A model generated the notes under the pieces. It was not told the origin of the DNA, did not search any database, and saw only the letters and a program-made list of their open reading frames with translations. Positions 31,015 through 41,009 of a stretch of 64,000 bases of DNA are shown here, piece by piece. How positions within the stretch are numbered: position 1 is the first letter of the stretch; each line of letters begins with the position of its first letter. Made by a program: the position numbers and the translations under genes. Source of the stretch: Candidatus Poribacteria bacterium (GTDB taxonomy: Bacteria > Poribacteria > WGA-4E > WGA-3G); contig JAGWBV010000003.1 in the NCBI GenBank assembly GCA_021295715.1, positions 203,043 to 267,042 on the forward strand, given 5' to 3'.

Positions 31015-31734
31015 CTAATCCGCGGCATCCACTTCTTCGGTGCTACCTTTACCGTACATTTCTTGCTTGTCAAACTTAAAGATTAAATCCGACCGATCAA
31101 ATTTGGAGTATTCAATCCCGGCGAGCGTGTCCTTCATGGTGAGACACTCCGTCGGACAAACCTCAGTGCAAAGTCCACAATACATACAGAGGGACATATC
31201 GATATCGAACTGATCGAGATAGAAAACGACCGGATTTCGGGTGACAACCCGCGACACCTCGTCGCTGGAAAAAGTCTGGGTCCGATTCTCAATCCCGGAC
31301 GACTCAAGGCGGTCTACGACCTCCTGTGGACCTTGGCGAGAGGTAATATTCGTGAGGGTTATTGAATCCGCCGACTTTACCTGTTTATCGTCACCTTCAA
31401 TGAGACCGATGATTTCTCTGCCATCCTTGAGGTGCACAACATTCATGCTATCCCAGAGTTGTTCACCCTTGGGAAGTTTGGTCCCTGTGATCATAATGCA
31501 ATCAACCGGACAAATCATCTCACATTTTTTGCATCCGATGCAATCCTCAATTCGATTGTAGAGTTGCCCGCGATACCCTTTCGGAATCTCTCGAACGTTC
31601 CGTTTCTTTTCAAAGTCATGTTCATACGGGTATTGATGCGTGACGTTCGGTTCAAAAAACTGCCTGATCGTCACCCGCATCCCGACGAGAACGGTATAAA
31701 CGCCTCTGTAGATGTTTCGTATGTATTTGTCCAT
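31015..31734 (-). CDS. nuoI: NADH-quinone oxidoreductase subunit I with an internal insertion
   Basis: THQYP, YRG, CIGCKKCEMICP and CMYCGLCTEVCP motifs; position between nuoH and nuoJ. Confidence 0.9.
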   Translation of the reverse strand: MDKYIRNIYRGVYTVLVGMRVTIRQFFEPNVTHQYPYEHDFEKKRNVREIPKGYRGQLYNRIEDCIGCKKCEMICPVDCIMITGTKLPKGEQLWDSMNVVHLKDGREIIGLIEGDDKQVKSADSITLTNITSRQGPQEVVDRLESSGIENRTQTFSSDEVSRVVTRNPVVFYLDQFDIDMSLCMYCGLCTEVCPTECLTMKDTLAGIEYSKFDRSDLIFKFDKQEMYGKGSTEEVDAAD

Positions 31735-31822
31735 ATTTTAATTTTACCTTGCGGTGGAACAACGGATGCTTTCGACTTTCACGGCATTCCTTAAATCCGC
31801 CCTCCACTACGTTACGGGCTAC
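31735..31822 (-). repeat. REP-N38-tail element directly before the nuoI start
   Basis: GTAGCCCGTAACGTAGTGGAGGGC-GGATTT, core 31755-31792, tail then ATG. Confidence 0.9.
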
Positions 31823-31880
31823 CGGTTACGAGACTCTCCTAACCTAAGCTGCCACTTCCATATTCACTGACTGCCAATTG

Positions 31881-33155
31881 TTAATTGCTCATTACTCCTT
31901 GTGGTGCGGGACTCTGCGTGAGTCCCCTTCCAGCGACTTTATATGCGGCGATAAGTCCAATATAGATAATTGTGCAGCTAATGGCGGTGCTAATCACGGT
32001 GTCCTCTGGGAAAATGAGTCCCCAGATGCCAGTGCCTAAGATGTTGAAGAAGGCGATCGGGATAAAGTATTTCCAGCAGAGATTCATAAGTTGATCTACT
32101 CTCAAGCGCGGCAATGTCCATCTCAACCACATCATCAAAAAGACGAGTGCCATAGATTTGATAACGAAACCGGGGAACCCGCCGAGGATATCGTAACCCG
32201 GCAAAACGCCTTCCCAACCGCCGAGGAAAAGCGTTACAGCGATTGCGCTCACTGCAAACATATTCGCGTATTCAGCGATAAAGAAGAGTGCGAAGCGCAT
32301 ACCGCTATACTCGGTATGGAAACCCGCCACAATTTCAGATTCGGCTTCGGGCAAATCAAACGGTGTTCGGTTCACCTCAGCGATAGAAGAGATAAAGAAG
32401 ATAAAGAATGCAATAAAAGCAAAGGGTGTTCGGAAAATGAGCCAACTGAAAACGCCATTGGATTGACTTGCTACAATCTCCTGCATGCTTAAACTTTCGA
32501 CGAGCATAACAACAGTGAGAATGGAGAGACCGAGTGGGATTTCATAGCTGACAATCTGGGCAGCGGAGCGGAGCGACCCCAACAGTGACCATTTGCTATT
32601 CGAGGACCAGCCTGCCATGATCACCCCCATGACAATTACAGAGGAGATCGCCATTATATAGAAGATACCGATATTAAAGTCACTCACCAATATACCTTCA
32701 CTAAAGGGAATAGCGGCAAAGACAGCGAAAGAGCAGGCAAAAATGATATAGGGAGCAAGCAGAAAAAGGAGTTTATCGCCTTGTGGAGGAATAAAATCTT
32801 CTTTGAAGATGAGTTTCACACCGTCGGCTAACGTTTGCAGGGTGCCCCACGGTCCGACGCGCATGGGACCCGTTCGATTCTGGAAACGTGCGGAGACCTT
32901 TCGTTCTGCGAGCACCAACACCAACGGAAGTAGTGGGACAACTCCAACAAAAACGCCAGCACATGCGAACATGATGAGAACTGTGCCTATCTCCACAGGA
33001 AAATGCGAAGCAACCGCTTCCGGCAACCGCGGAATTACAACGTTCTGTATAAATTCCTCCGCCCAATTGAGCTGATTCTGTAAGTTTATATTGGGTAAGA
33101 AACTTTCAGATATGTTGAAGTCTGGGCGTGCAAACAGTGCCCTAAAATCCGACAT
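31881..33155 (-). CDS. nuoH: NADH-quinone oxidoreductase subunit H
   Basis: ERKVSARFQNRTGP, ADGVKLIFKE, RTPFDLPEAESE motifs. Confidence 0.95.
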   Translation of the reverse strand: MSDFRALFARPDFNISESFLPNINLQNQLNWAEEFIQNVVIPRLPEAVASHFPVEIGTVLIMFACAGVFVGVVPLLPLVLVLAERKVSARFQNRTGPMRVGPWGTLQTLADGVKLIFKEDFIPPQGDKLLFLLAPYIIFACSFAVFAAIPFSEGILVSDFNIGIFYIMAISSVIVMGVIMAGWSSNSKWSLLGSLRSAAQIVSYEIPLGLSILTVVMLVESLSMQEIVASQSNGVFSWLIFRTPFAFIAFFIFFISSIAEVNRTPFDLPEAESEIVAGFHTEYSGMRFALFFIAEYANMFAVSAIAVTLFLGGWEGVLPGYDILGGFPGFVIKSMALVFLMMWLRWTLPRLRVDQLMNLCWKYFIPIAFFNILGTGIWGLIFPEDTVISTAISCTIIYIGLIAAYKVAGRGLTQSPAPQGVMSN

Positions 33156-33199
33156 CCAATCTCCTTATCTGATTCGGTAAACTTCGATATGAAGCGCGT

Positions 33200-34405
33200 T
33201 TACCGGTCGACTTCTCCCATCACAATATCAATGCTGCCGATAATCGCGATAATATCTGCGACCATTAAACCGCGACTGAGTTCTTGGAGTGCGCTCAAAG
33301 CACTGAAACAGGGGGAACGTCCCTTGAGACGGACCGGCTTCGGTGTGCCGTCGCTGACAATGTAGAATCCGAGTTCACCGCGCGGGGCTTCACTGCGGAA
33401 ATAGATTTCGCCTTTCGGTGGACGGACGGCTTTTAAATCTGCCATCACTGGACCACCGGGGAGCCCTCCCGCTAAAATCTGTCGGACAATTCGGACAGAT
33501 TCCTTCATCTCATCCATACGGATTTTGTATCGACTCCAGCAGTCCCCGACGACCGCCCCTAATTCTGGAACGTCCACAGCAACAGGGACATCAAAGTCGA
33601 ACCTGTCGTAAATAGAGTAGGGTTCGTCTCGTCGCAGATCCCAATCAACACCGGAACCGCGAAGGTTCGGACCTGTCGCGCCGTAACTCAGTGCCATCTC
33701 CGCTGGCATAACAGCGACCCTCATCGTGCGTTCCGCGAAGATGCTGTTTTTTGTCAGGAGTTCGTTATATTCGTCAATCAACGGTTCAAAATAGTCTAAA
33801 AATGCTTCGACTTCGTCCAAAAAATTCTGTTCTGTAATGGAACCCGGTTCCATCGGGATGATTTCGGAAACGCCACCGATGCGGATATAGTTATAGGTGA
33901 GCCGTGCGCCGCACACTTTCTCAAAAAGTAGGAGCAACCGTTCTCGATCCCGGAAGGCGTAGAGAAATGGGGTAAACGCGCCGAGGTCCATCCCGTAGGT
34001 CCCGAAGGACAGGAGATGACTCGCAATACGATTTAATTCACAGATAAGCACCCGCAGGTATTCCGCCCGTTCCGGCACCTCAAAGTTCTTGCTTTCATCC
34101 GCCTCCAACAATTTCTCGACAGCGAGACAGAATCCCCAGTTCTGGTTCATCGCCGCTATGTAATCCATTCGGTCGGTAAAGGGAATAATTTGGGGATAGG
34201 AGAGATTCTCGGAATGCTTCTCAAAACAGCGATGCAGGTAGCCGATGTGGGGGATTGCTTCCCGAACGACTTCACCATCCAATTTCAATTCCAGCCGTAA
34301 CACACCGTGTGTACTTGGATGCTGAGGTCCCATATTGACAACCATTTCATCGGCGAACGGTTTCAACTCTATAATTTTGCTTTCAGTCTGTGGTGTAGTT
34401 TCCAT
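33200..34405 (-). CDS. nuoD: NADH-quinone oxidoreductase subunit D
   Basis: NMGPQHPSTHGVLRL, GYLHR, EAPRGE, DIVMGEVDR motifs. Confidence 0.97.
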   Translation of the reverse strand: METTPQTESKIIELKPFADEMVVNMGPQHPSTHGVLRLELKLDGEVVREAIPHIGYLHRCFEKHSENLSYPQIIPFTDRMDYIAAMNQNWGFCLAVEKLLEADESKNFEVPERAEYLRVLICELNRIASHLLSFGTYGMDLGAFTPFLYAFRDRERLLLLFEKVCGARLTYNYIRIGGVSEIIPMEPGSITEQNFLDEVEAFLDYFEPLIDEYNELLTKNSIFAERTMRVAVMPAEMALSYGATGPNLRGSGVDWDLRRDEPYSIYDRFDFDVPVAVDVPELGAVVGDCWSRYKIRMDEMKESVRIVRQILAGGLPGGPVMADLKAVRPPKGEIYFRSEAPRGELGFYIVSDGTPKPVRLKGRSPCFSALSALQELSRGLMVADIIAIIGSIDIVMGEVDR

Positions 34406-34514
34406 TTTTCAATTTTACCTTGCGGACTTTTAATTTTACCTTGCGGTTAAAACAGGGTAGTTTGGTTTATGACGGTCTTTTCTTAAATCCGCTTTCCACT
34501 TCGTTTCAAGCTGC
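34406..34514 (-). repeat. REP-N38-tail element with a duplicated tail before the nuoD start
   Basis: Two tandem AATTTTACCTTGCGG; core 34447-34484; GCTT..AAGC stem. Confidence 0.85.
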
Positions 34515-34615
34515 GTTTCTTTTTACGTAGGACTTACGCGTTCTCTCTTAATTTTTGGATTTTACCACTATATATGATACCACTTTTGCCGTTTAATGTC
34601 AAATCTGAACTGCCC

Positions 34616-35101
34616 CTAATACGGCACGCGCATACCGCGATAGAATTCCGGTTCCTTATAATCCTTACGTAGCGGGTATCCGTCCCAATCATCGGGAAGC
34701 AAGATGCGGCGGAGATCGCTGTGTCCCTCAAAAAAGATGCCGTAGAGGTCATAAGCTTCACGTTCGTGCCAATCGGCTGTTTTCCAGATATGTGAGACGC
34801 TTGGGAGGTGCGAATCGGTTTTCGGAACTGTTGTTTTCAGCACCACGCTATGCCGATGCTGCATGGCATAGAGATGGTAGACAATAGCAAATTCTTCGTC
34901 GTTGGCACTCAAATCAACACCACTAAGGCACATCAGGGAATCAAATGCCAATGTGTCGGTTTCGGCGAGATATTGGCACACATCGGCGATTGCTGAGGGG
35001 GCAATACGAATATTCGGGTCACCAGCGAGTTCGGTGTCAAAACCGAGGATGGCTTCACCAAACTGTTTGGTCAGGACTTCATAGATTTCTTCTGGTTTCA
35101 C
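34616..35101 (-). CDS. nuoC: NADH-quinone oxidoreductase subunit C
   Basis: ADWHEREAYDLYGI.F.GH.DLRRIL...GYPLRKDY. Confidence 0.95.
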   Translation of the reverse strand: MKPEEIYEVLTKQFGEAILGFDTELAGDPNIRIAPSAIADVCQYLAETDTLAFDSLMCLSGVDLSANDEEFAIVYHLYAMQHRHSVVLKTTVPKTDSHLPSVSHIWKTADWHEREAYDLYGIFFEGHSDLRRILLPDDWDGYPLRKDYKEPEFYRGMRVPY

Positions 35102-35209
35102 GTATATCCTACTCCATGATCGCGATTACAAATCGCTCCTATCGTTGAACGAACTGGTATTTTAGGTAGTGGTTTCAGGCTTTCGGCGCAGCTTGCAAGC
35201 CGAAACTTG

Positions 35210-35779
35210 CTATGTACCTTCACCTTCTGCAGTTTCAGTGCCTTCAATCTCGTACCACTCCGTTTTGGTAAAGAGTCTCTTTAGGAAGGGCACGTGATCG
35301 CGTTTCGCGACAGTCTGGGTTTTAATTTTCTCTTGTAATTTAAGCAGCCCTTCAATGAGTGCCTCCGGGCGTGGTGGACACCCAGGCACATAAACGTCAA
35401 CAGGGATAACCCGATCAACGCCTTTGAGAACGTGATATCCGTGTTGCCAATAGGGTCCGCCGCTGGTAGCACAACTGCCCATTGAAATGACGTATTTCGG
35501 TTCCGGCATCTGCTCATAAAGGCGTTTAATTCGAGTTGCCATTTTGAGCGTCACCGTGCCAGAGATGACCATGAGGTCAGATTGGCGGGGTGTCGCACGC
35601 GGCACACCTGCCCCGAATCGGTCGAGGTCGTAGTTGGAAGCGGCAGTCGCCATAAACTCAATAGCGCAACAAGCAAGTCCGAACGTCATGGGCCAGAGTG
35701 CGGAGGAGCGTGCCCAGTTAGCAACGGCATCAACTGAGGTGACAATAACGTTTTTGTCCAGTTTCTCATCAATTATCAT
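35210..35779 (-). CDS. nuoB: NADH-quinone oxidoreductase subunit B
   Basis: [28 protein letters not shown] motifs; start at ATG 35779. Confidence 0.95.
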   Translation of the reverse strand: MIIDEKLDKNVIVTSVDAVANWARSSALWPMTFGLACCAIEFMATAASNYDLDRFGAGVPRATPRQSDLMVISGTVTLKMATRIKRLYEQMPEPKYVISMGSCATSGGPYWQHGYHVLKGVDRVIPVDVYVPGCPPRPEALIEGLLKLQEKIKTQTVAKRDHVPFLKRLFTKTEWYEIEGTETAEGEGT

Positions 35780-36179
35780 AACTTTCTTCCCTCCGGACGG
35801 ATTGAACTTCCAACTGCGTGGATCGAATCCACTCCAGATCCCCCTTTGCCCAGACGTATGCAAGTCCGACTAACAGGATCGCGATGAAAACGAGCATCTC
35901 CAAAAATGCGAAGAGCCCAAAGTCGCGGAAAACGACCGCCCACGGGAAAAGGAACACGGTCTCCACGTCAAAGATTAGGAAAATGAGCGCGATGACATAA
36001 AACCGGGTGTTAAACTTAATCCGCGTATCACCGATCGGATCTTCGCCGCATTCGTAGGGGATATACTTTTCGCCTGAGAATAGTTTGGTCTGCAGGAGGC
36101 GAGAGACAGTCAGGTTTAGGACGACAAATAAACAGCCAACAATCAAGAAGATTAGCACATTTGCGAAGTTAAAAAGCAT
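35769..36179 (-). CDS. nuoA: NADH-quinone oxidoreductase subunit A
   Basis: [29 protein letters not shown] motifs. Confidence 0.95.
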   Translation of the reverse strand: MLFNFANVLIFLIVGCLFVVLNLTVSRLLQTKLFSGEKYIPYECGEDPIGDTRIKFNTRFYVIALIFLIFDVETVFLFPWAVVFRDFGLFAFLEMLVFIAILLVGLAYVWAKGDLEWIRSTQLEVQSVRREESYDN

Positions 36180-36493
36180 TCTGGATTATCCTTGGGAACC
36201 GCGATGTAGCGAAAACTTTGTGCATGGATGACTTCATTTTTAAAATTATATATCATTTTGCGCTAATTTGCAAGTAAAATTTTCAACCTGCGCGAGGGCA
36301 TCGTGTTCACTCCTGTTTTTCACGAAAACGCTTCTCCAGCATCTGGATTCAGTCCTGACTTTTGACATTCGCCACGTAGTTGTTAGCAACTGTGGGCTGC
36401 GGTGAGACAGGTAAAACTGAGGGATCAAACCAATCACCTAAAAAATTGTGTCCATGCATGCGCAAACTGAAAGTTTACGCTACAAAACTTGGA

Positions 36494-37270
36494 TTATTCT
36501 ATCGTTAGTGCGATCTCATTAGATACAAGCGATGCTTTCCCACGCCGCGCTTTGACAGGCAAGTAAACGTCCTTCACCTCATCCTTGTGTCTTTCTTCAA
36601 TAAACTTGAGTTGCTCGTTGTAATAGCTAACCGCGTCCTGCTTTGCGGCGGCTTGAAGATTCGGATCATTCTGAAGCCGCGCGAGATCGCGCTTTAATTC
36701 GGCCACCTCGGGGTGATCTTCAATTATAGATTCCCGGTAAACTTCCAAGTCAATTGCAAGCGTTACGGTGTAAGCACCGGATTGTAGCTGATAGTATCGC
36801 TGGATATCTTTCAAGGTCAGTTCCTGATTCATGTCCGCTTTGAAATCAAACCCGTGAATACACCGGACAGACTTTCCGTCGTGCGTTACATATTTCTGTG
36901 GGTTCTCTTGTGTAATCGCGCGTTTCGGTTCAACAACCTGTCCGTTCGCGTCCTTCACTGTTATCTGCGTGAAGGCACCCTTCGTTGCCACGCTAAAAGA
37001 AGGCACAAGCAAGTCAAATTTGCCGTTCTGAATATTGAGCTGAAGGGGAATCTCCTCCTTCGCAGCATAATTCGTCTTTGGGGTCGAGAGTTGGAGTTCC
37101 GCGAGCGGACGTGATGCTTCTTCCGTCTCTGTAGCAGCGGTAGGTGCTTCGGTTTCGGTTTGCATCGTCTGTAGGTTTCCGATGCACCCAGCAAGCGTCA
37201 GGACAAGTAGCAAGAGGTAAAAAGGAATGAATTTTGGGATCGTTTGGCTGACAAGATTACGAAGTATCAT
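36494..37270 (-). CDS. Hypothetical lipoprotein
   Basis: Hydrophobic signal with LAGC lipobox; GAGGAG RBS. Confidence 0.7.
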   Translation of the reverse strand: MILRNLVSQTIPKFIPFYLLLLVLTLAGCIGNLQTMQTETEAPTAATETEEASRPLAELQLSTPKTNYAAKEEIPLQLNIQNGKFDLLVPSFSVATKGAFTQITVKDANGQVVEPKRAITQENPQKYVTHDGKSVRCIHGFDFKADMNQELTLKDIQRYYQLQSGAYTVTLAIDLEVYRESIIEDHPEVAELKRDLARLQNDPNLQAAAKQDAVSYYNEQLKFIEERHKDEVKDVYLPVKARRGKASLVSNEIALTIE

Positions 37271-37289
37271 TTAAAACTCCTCATATATT

Positions 37290-38396
37290 TTAAAGCGTAA
37301 TGCCGAGTCCAGCTCCGGAAGGCACTTCAATAAATCCATCAACGATTTCTTCGGGTGGATCAATAAGAGACGCACGCCAGTCTACTTCGCCCCACGCGTA
37401 TTCAAGGATTGCAAAGTTCGGCACACTCGCCATGCATTGCACACTCGCGGCAGTCGCGACAGGACCACTCGGATTGTGCGGTGTTACCATGACGTTCCGT
37501 GCAGCAGCAAGGGTCGCAATTCTTTTCAAACCCGAAATTCCGCCGACATGCTTGACATCCGGTAAGATATAATCAACGTTTGTTTGGGTTAGCAACCGAT
37601 CAAAATCTGTGAGGGTTCGTAAACGTTCACCGGTTGCAATTGGGATACTAATGGACTGACTCATATAGGCGAAGGCATCAAGATTATCCAAGGACACGGC
37701 ATCCTCAATCCAGAAGAGATGCAAATCCTCCAATTCTTTTGCGACTTGGATGAGAATACCCGGGTTAAAACGGCTATGGCAATCCACCATCAAATCGATA
37801 TCCGCACCAATCGCGGCACGTATCGTGCGAATGCGATCAATTCCCGTGCAGATAGCAGGAGTCAGCGTTCCACGTGAAAGGTTCGCGACGGAAACATCGT
37901 CAAAAGGCGCACATTTTATGGCAGTAAATCCGTCAGCAACGGCGCGTGCGGCGTTGGTGGCAAAACCGGACGGCGTGCGATCGAGGGTCGCACGGTTGAT
38001 ATTGGCGTAAAGGCGGATTTTTTCTCGGCACTTGCCACCTAACAATTGATAACTCGGTATATCCAATGCCTTACCTATCAGATCGCACATTGCGTGCTCG
38101 ATCCCGCTGAGAGCGGTATGGTAGGAATGGCTTTCGGAGCCGTGGTAGAAACGTTGGTGAAATGCCTCCAATTGAAACGGATCCCAACCGACGAGCGAAG
38201 ATTTGAGTGTGTTAATGATATCTTGGATGCGCGTGTCATCCCTACCGTGGGAAGCTTCGCCAACCCCGACTCTGCCATCATTGGCATGGACTTTGACGAA
38301 GACCCAATTGCCGCGGTGGTTTACCTGAACGATCTCGGTCTCTATGTTTGCGATTTTTAGTGTGGGCATTTTTAAGGTAATGGAGCGGCGAGGCAT
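37290..38396 (-). CDS. Enolase-superfamily sugar-acid dehydratase (galactonate dehydratase-like)
   Basis: NWVFVKV, GVGEA, YQLLGGKCR, MVDCH, IATGER, TPHNPSGPV motifs. Confidence 0.85.
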   Translation of the reverse strand: MPRRSITLKMPTLKIANIETEIVQVNHRGNWVFVKVHANDGRVGVGEASHGRDDTRIQDIINTLKSSLVGWDPFQLEAFHQRFYHGSESHSYHTALSGIEHAMCDLIGKALDIPSYQLLGGKCREKIRLYANINRATLDRTPSGFATNAARAVADGFTAIKCAPFDDVSVANLSRGTLTPAICTGIDRIRTIRAAIGADIDLMVDCHSRFNPGILIQVAKELEDLHLFWIEDAVSLDNLDAFAYMSQSISIPIATGERLRTLTDFDRLLTQTNVDYILPDVKHVGGISGLKRIATLAAARNVMVTPHNPSGPVATAASVQCMASVPNFAILEYAWGEVDWRASLIDPPEEIVDGFIEVPSGAGLGITL

Positions 38397-38459
38397 AGGT
38401 GCCTCGCCTTACAGAATTTTTGGCGTCGCTTGCAGGTTTGCAAAACTTGCCACACAAAA

Positions 38460-39107
38460 CTACGATGCCGCTGCCCATTTCACACCTTGGGTGAGGAATT
38501 TCTGCATTCCGGCGCGCTCAAAGGTTCCGGGTCCGTGCCCCAAAGTGGTGTAAAAGACGCGTCCAGAACCGTAAGACCTGACCCATGCCATCGGGTGTGC
38601 CTTACCGAACCACTCAGCAGATGCCAACACATGAATGTGCGGATCGTGGGCGGAGATATAGATTTCATCTTCCACATCAAAATCTTCGACACCTTCGGTC
38701 GTAGGATGTTCGCTATCCTCAATATGGACAGTAAACGTTGAGCCGGGCGGATGCCAATTGGAAGCACCACCGATGAGATCCATTGCTTGACCACTGATCC
38801 ACCACGCGGTCCCGTGAATGCCGACCAGCCCCTTGCCGCTATTGACAAATTGGAACAAACCCTCTTCTTCAGCGGATGCTAAATCGGAGACACGGGCGAC
38901 GGAGCCGTCCGCTTGGCGTTCCGTCCGCGTGAAGCCGGTGCCAAAGACACACGCATCGTAGGAATTCAATGCCTCGGATGCTAAAATCCCTTTATCGTCA
39001 GTTAACGTCGCTGAAATATTAGCATCGTCGGCGAGAAAATCGTGAATGATGCTGGCACTTGCATTGAAACCGTGGTTTTCACCTGATAATACGAGAATTT
39101 TCGACAT
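38460..39107 (-). CDS. ThuA-like (class I GATase-like) protein
   Basis: GKGLVGIH, HP, DEIY, PMAWVRSYGSGRVFYTTLGH motifs. Confidence 0.9.
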   Translation of the reverse strand: MSKILVLSGENHGFNASASIIHDFLADDANISATLTDDKGILASEALNSYDACVFGTGFTRTERQADGSVARVSDLASAEEEGLFQFVNSGKGLVGIHGTAWWISGQAMDLIGGASNWHPPGSTFTVHIEDSEHPTTEGVEDFDVEDEIYISAHDPHIHVLASAEWFGKAHPMAWVRSYGSGRVFYTTLGHGPGTFERAGMQKFLTQGVKWAAAS

Positions 39108-39292
39108 GAGAGCCTCCAGTGTAAATCAAAGACACATTGCGTCTTAATGGCACAAACAATTTGAAAACGGCACTAAATCCGCCGCTTACGATAAAAAATC
39201 GAACGCAAGAACTGCAATTTGTGGAGATAGTTTAATGGAAACTCAAAATTGTGTCAAACCAATTCTCAAAAATTTACCCCTTCAGAAAAAAA

Positions 39293-39321
39293 TTGAACTT
39301 TATTAATGCCTCGTGTATAAT
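39293..39321 (+). promoter_or_regulatory. sigma70 promoter of the alpha-CTD paralog pair
   Basis: TTGAAC-N17-TATAAT. Confidence 0.65.
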
Positions 39322-39360
39322 TCGTAGCAATCTGATATTCCGACTACACGGAGATAGCAC

Positions 39361-40158
39361 ATGAAAATGCCCAAACTCGTCGTTGGATACCTTATGGATG
39401 ACGAAATGTTCGTCAAATCTTTCACGATCCCAGAATCTCACGATTGGATCAAGTGGTTAGCGAACGAGGAACTTGCTCAGTTTTTTGGGGAATTACTGGA
39501 ATTGATGATCCAAATTTCAGAGGACAAGGAAGATAGCGAAACGCTTCAGACTTTTCTCGACTTTTGGCATGAAATTGCCTTAAGTTGGCGCGAAATAGCC
39601 TTAGGCGAGGAAGATTCTGAGATATTTGAAGAAGCTAGCAAGACCTCTCCGACCGTCGTTACCGATTGGAGCGTTGATGCTTTAGAAGCTGCCTTAAAAG
39701 GGCAAGATCCCGCGACGCTTTTGAATTCTCTCGCCGGTTTCATCGGAAAAGCCATGATCGGTTCCGAACGGGATGTCGTGGCAGATACTTTGGAGGCAGA
39801 ACAGGAATTGGATTCGCCCTGGATAGATATTATTGGGGTGCAACCGGAGCAAAGACCAAGGACTCGCAAGACGCACGCTGAACCGGAGCCTGTGGCTGAT
39901 GTGACGAAACAGCAACGAGACACCTACTTAGCGCAACCTATCCGCGAACTTGAACTCTCTACCCGAGCCTACAATTCTCTTAAAAATGAAAATATCAAAA
40001 CCGTCCGAGAACTCGTCGCAAAAATGGAATGGGACCTTCTGGAATACCAGAATTTCGGAGAGAAGTCGCTCCTCGAAGTCCAAAACCGACTCGCTGTCAG
40101 GGGCCTCTACCTCGGAATGGACCCCGACGACACGGACGACGAGGAGGCATCATTCTAA
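39361..40158 (+). CDS. Novel N-terminal domain fused to an RNA polymerase alpha C-terminal domain (paralog 1)
   Basis: C-terminus IRELELSTRAYNSLK..IKTVRELV..LL..NFGEKSL.EV..L..GLYLGM matches alpha-CTD; no alpha-NTD. Confidence 0.85.
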   Translation: MKMPKLVVGYLMDDEMFVKSFTIPESHDWIKWLANEELAQFFGELLELMIQISEDKEDSETLQTFLDFWHEIALSWREIALGEEDSEIFEEASKTSPTVVTDWSVDALEAALKGQDPATLLNSLAGFIGKAMIGSERDVVADTLEAEQELDSPWIDIIGVQPEQRPRTRKTHAEPEPVADVTKQQRDTYLAQPIRELELSTRAYNSLKNENIKTVRELVAKMEWDLLEYQNFGEKSLLEVQNRLAVRGLYLGMDPDDTDDEEASF

Positions 40159-40270
40159 ATGCCCACATTTTCGATAATATCGATCAACCCCTCAATATGT
40201 GGGAAAACTATTGGGCGGAATATCGCCTAATTGGCGTAAATTCAACATTCTTGCTACAAGGAGACACCAG

Positions 40271-40957
40271 ATGAAAGATGCTAAACTCGTTGTCGGATAC
40301 CTTATAGACGACGAATTGCTCGTCAAATCTGTTCCAATTCCAAAGCCCCACGATTGGGTCAAATGGTTACCGGTAGAAGACCTCGTTGTGTTTTTTCAGG
40401 AATTATTCCAAGTCATAACACAGATTTCAGAGGAAAAGGGAGATAGCGAGACGCTTCGGACCTTTCTCGACCGTTGGTGCGAAGCTGCGTCAGAATCGGA
40501 GCATTATGCGGCGATTTGGGAATCCCTCCCTCATTCGCTCCAAAGAGTCTTGCTCAATCCTGAACGGGACATCGTGGCAGATATTGCTGAGGCAGAACAG
40601 GAATTGGATTCGCCCTGGATAGATATTATCGAGGCCCAACATGAACGGGACCCGCTATTCCCTAACATCTACAGGGAGCCGGAGATCGCTGATGTGACGG
40701 AACAGGAGCGGGATGATTACTTAACCCTATCTATCGCCGCACTCAGACTCCCTACCCGAGCCCACAATTGTCTCGAAAGGGCAAACATCTATACCTTACG
40801 CACACTCGTCGAAAAAACGGAAAAAGAACTACTACTGATCAGTTATTTCGGGATGGGATCGCTCCAAAAAGTCAAAGCAGGACTCGCTCCCATGGGGCTT
40901 TACCTCGGAATGGACCTGGACCCGGAGGAGCTCGATGAGGACGAGGACTACGACTAA
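40271..40957 (+). CDS. Novel N-terminal domain fused to alpha-CTD (paralog 2)
   Basis: AAGGAG RBS; N-terminus MKDAKLVVGYL homologous to paralog 1; C-terminus LPTRAHNCL..FGMGSL..GLYLGM. Confidence 0.85.
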   Translation: MKDAKLVVGYLIDDELLVKSVPIPKPHDWVKWLPVEDLVVFFQELFQVITQISEEKGDSETLRTFLDRWCEAASESEHYAAIWESLPHSLQRVLLNPERDIVADIAEAEQELDSPWIDIIEAQHERDPLFPNIYREPEIADVTEQERDDYLTLSIAALRLPTRAHNCLERANIYTLRTLVEKTEKELLLISYFGMGSLQKVKAGLAPMGLYLGMDLDPEELDEDEDYD

Positions 40958-41009
40958 AACACTCTCAGAAATTGCTGGGACACTTTCCACTGAACATGAC
41001 AAAAGGAAG

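Noticed and set aside
39361..40957. rpoA annotation
   Set aside because: Only the CTD is present; no alpha-NTD and no rpsK/rpsD/rplQ context
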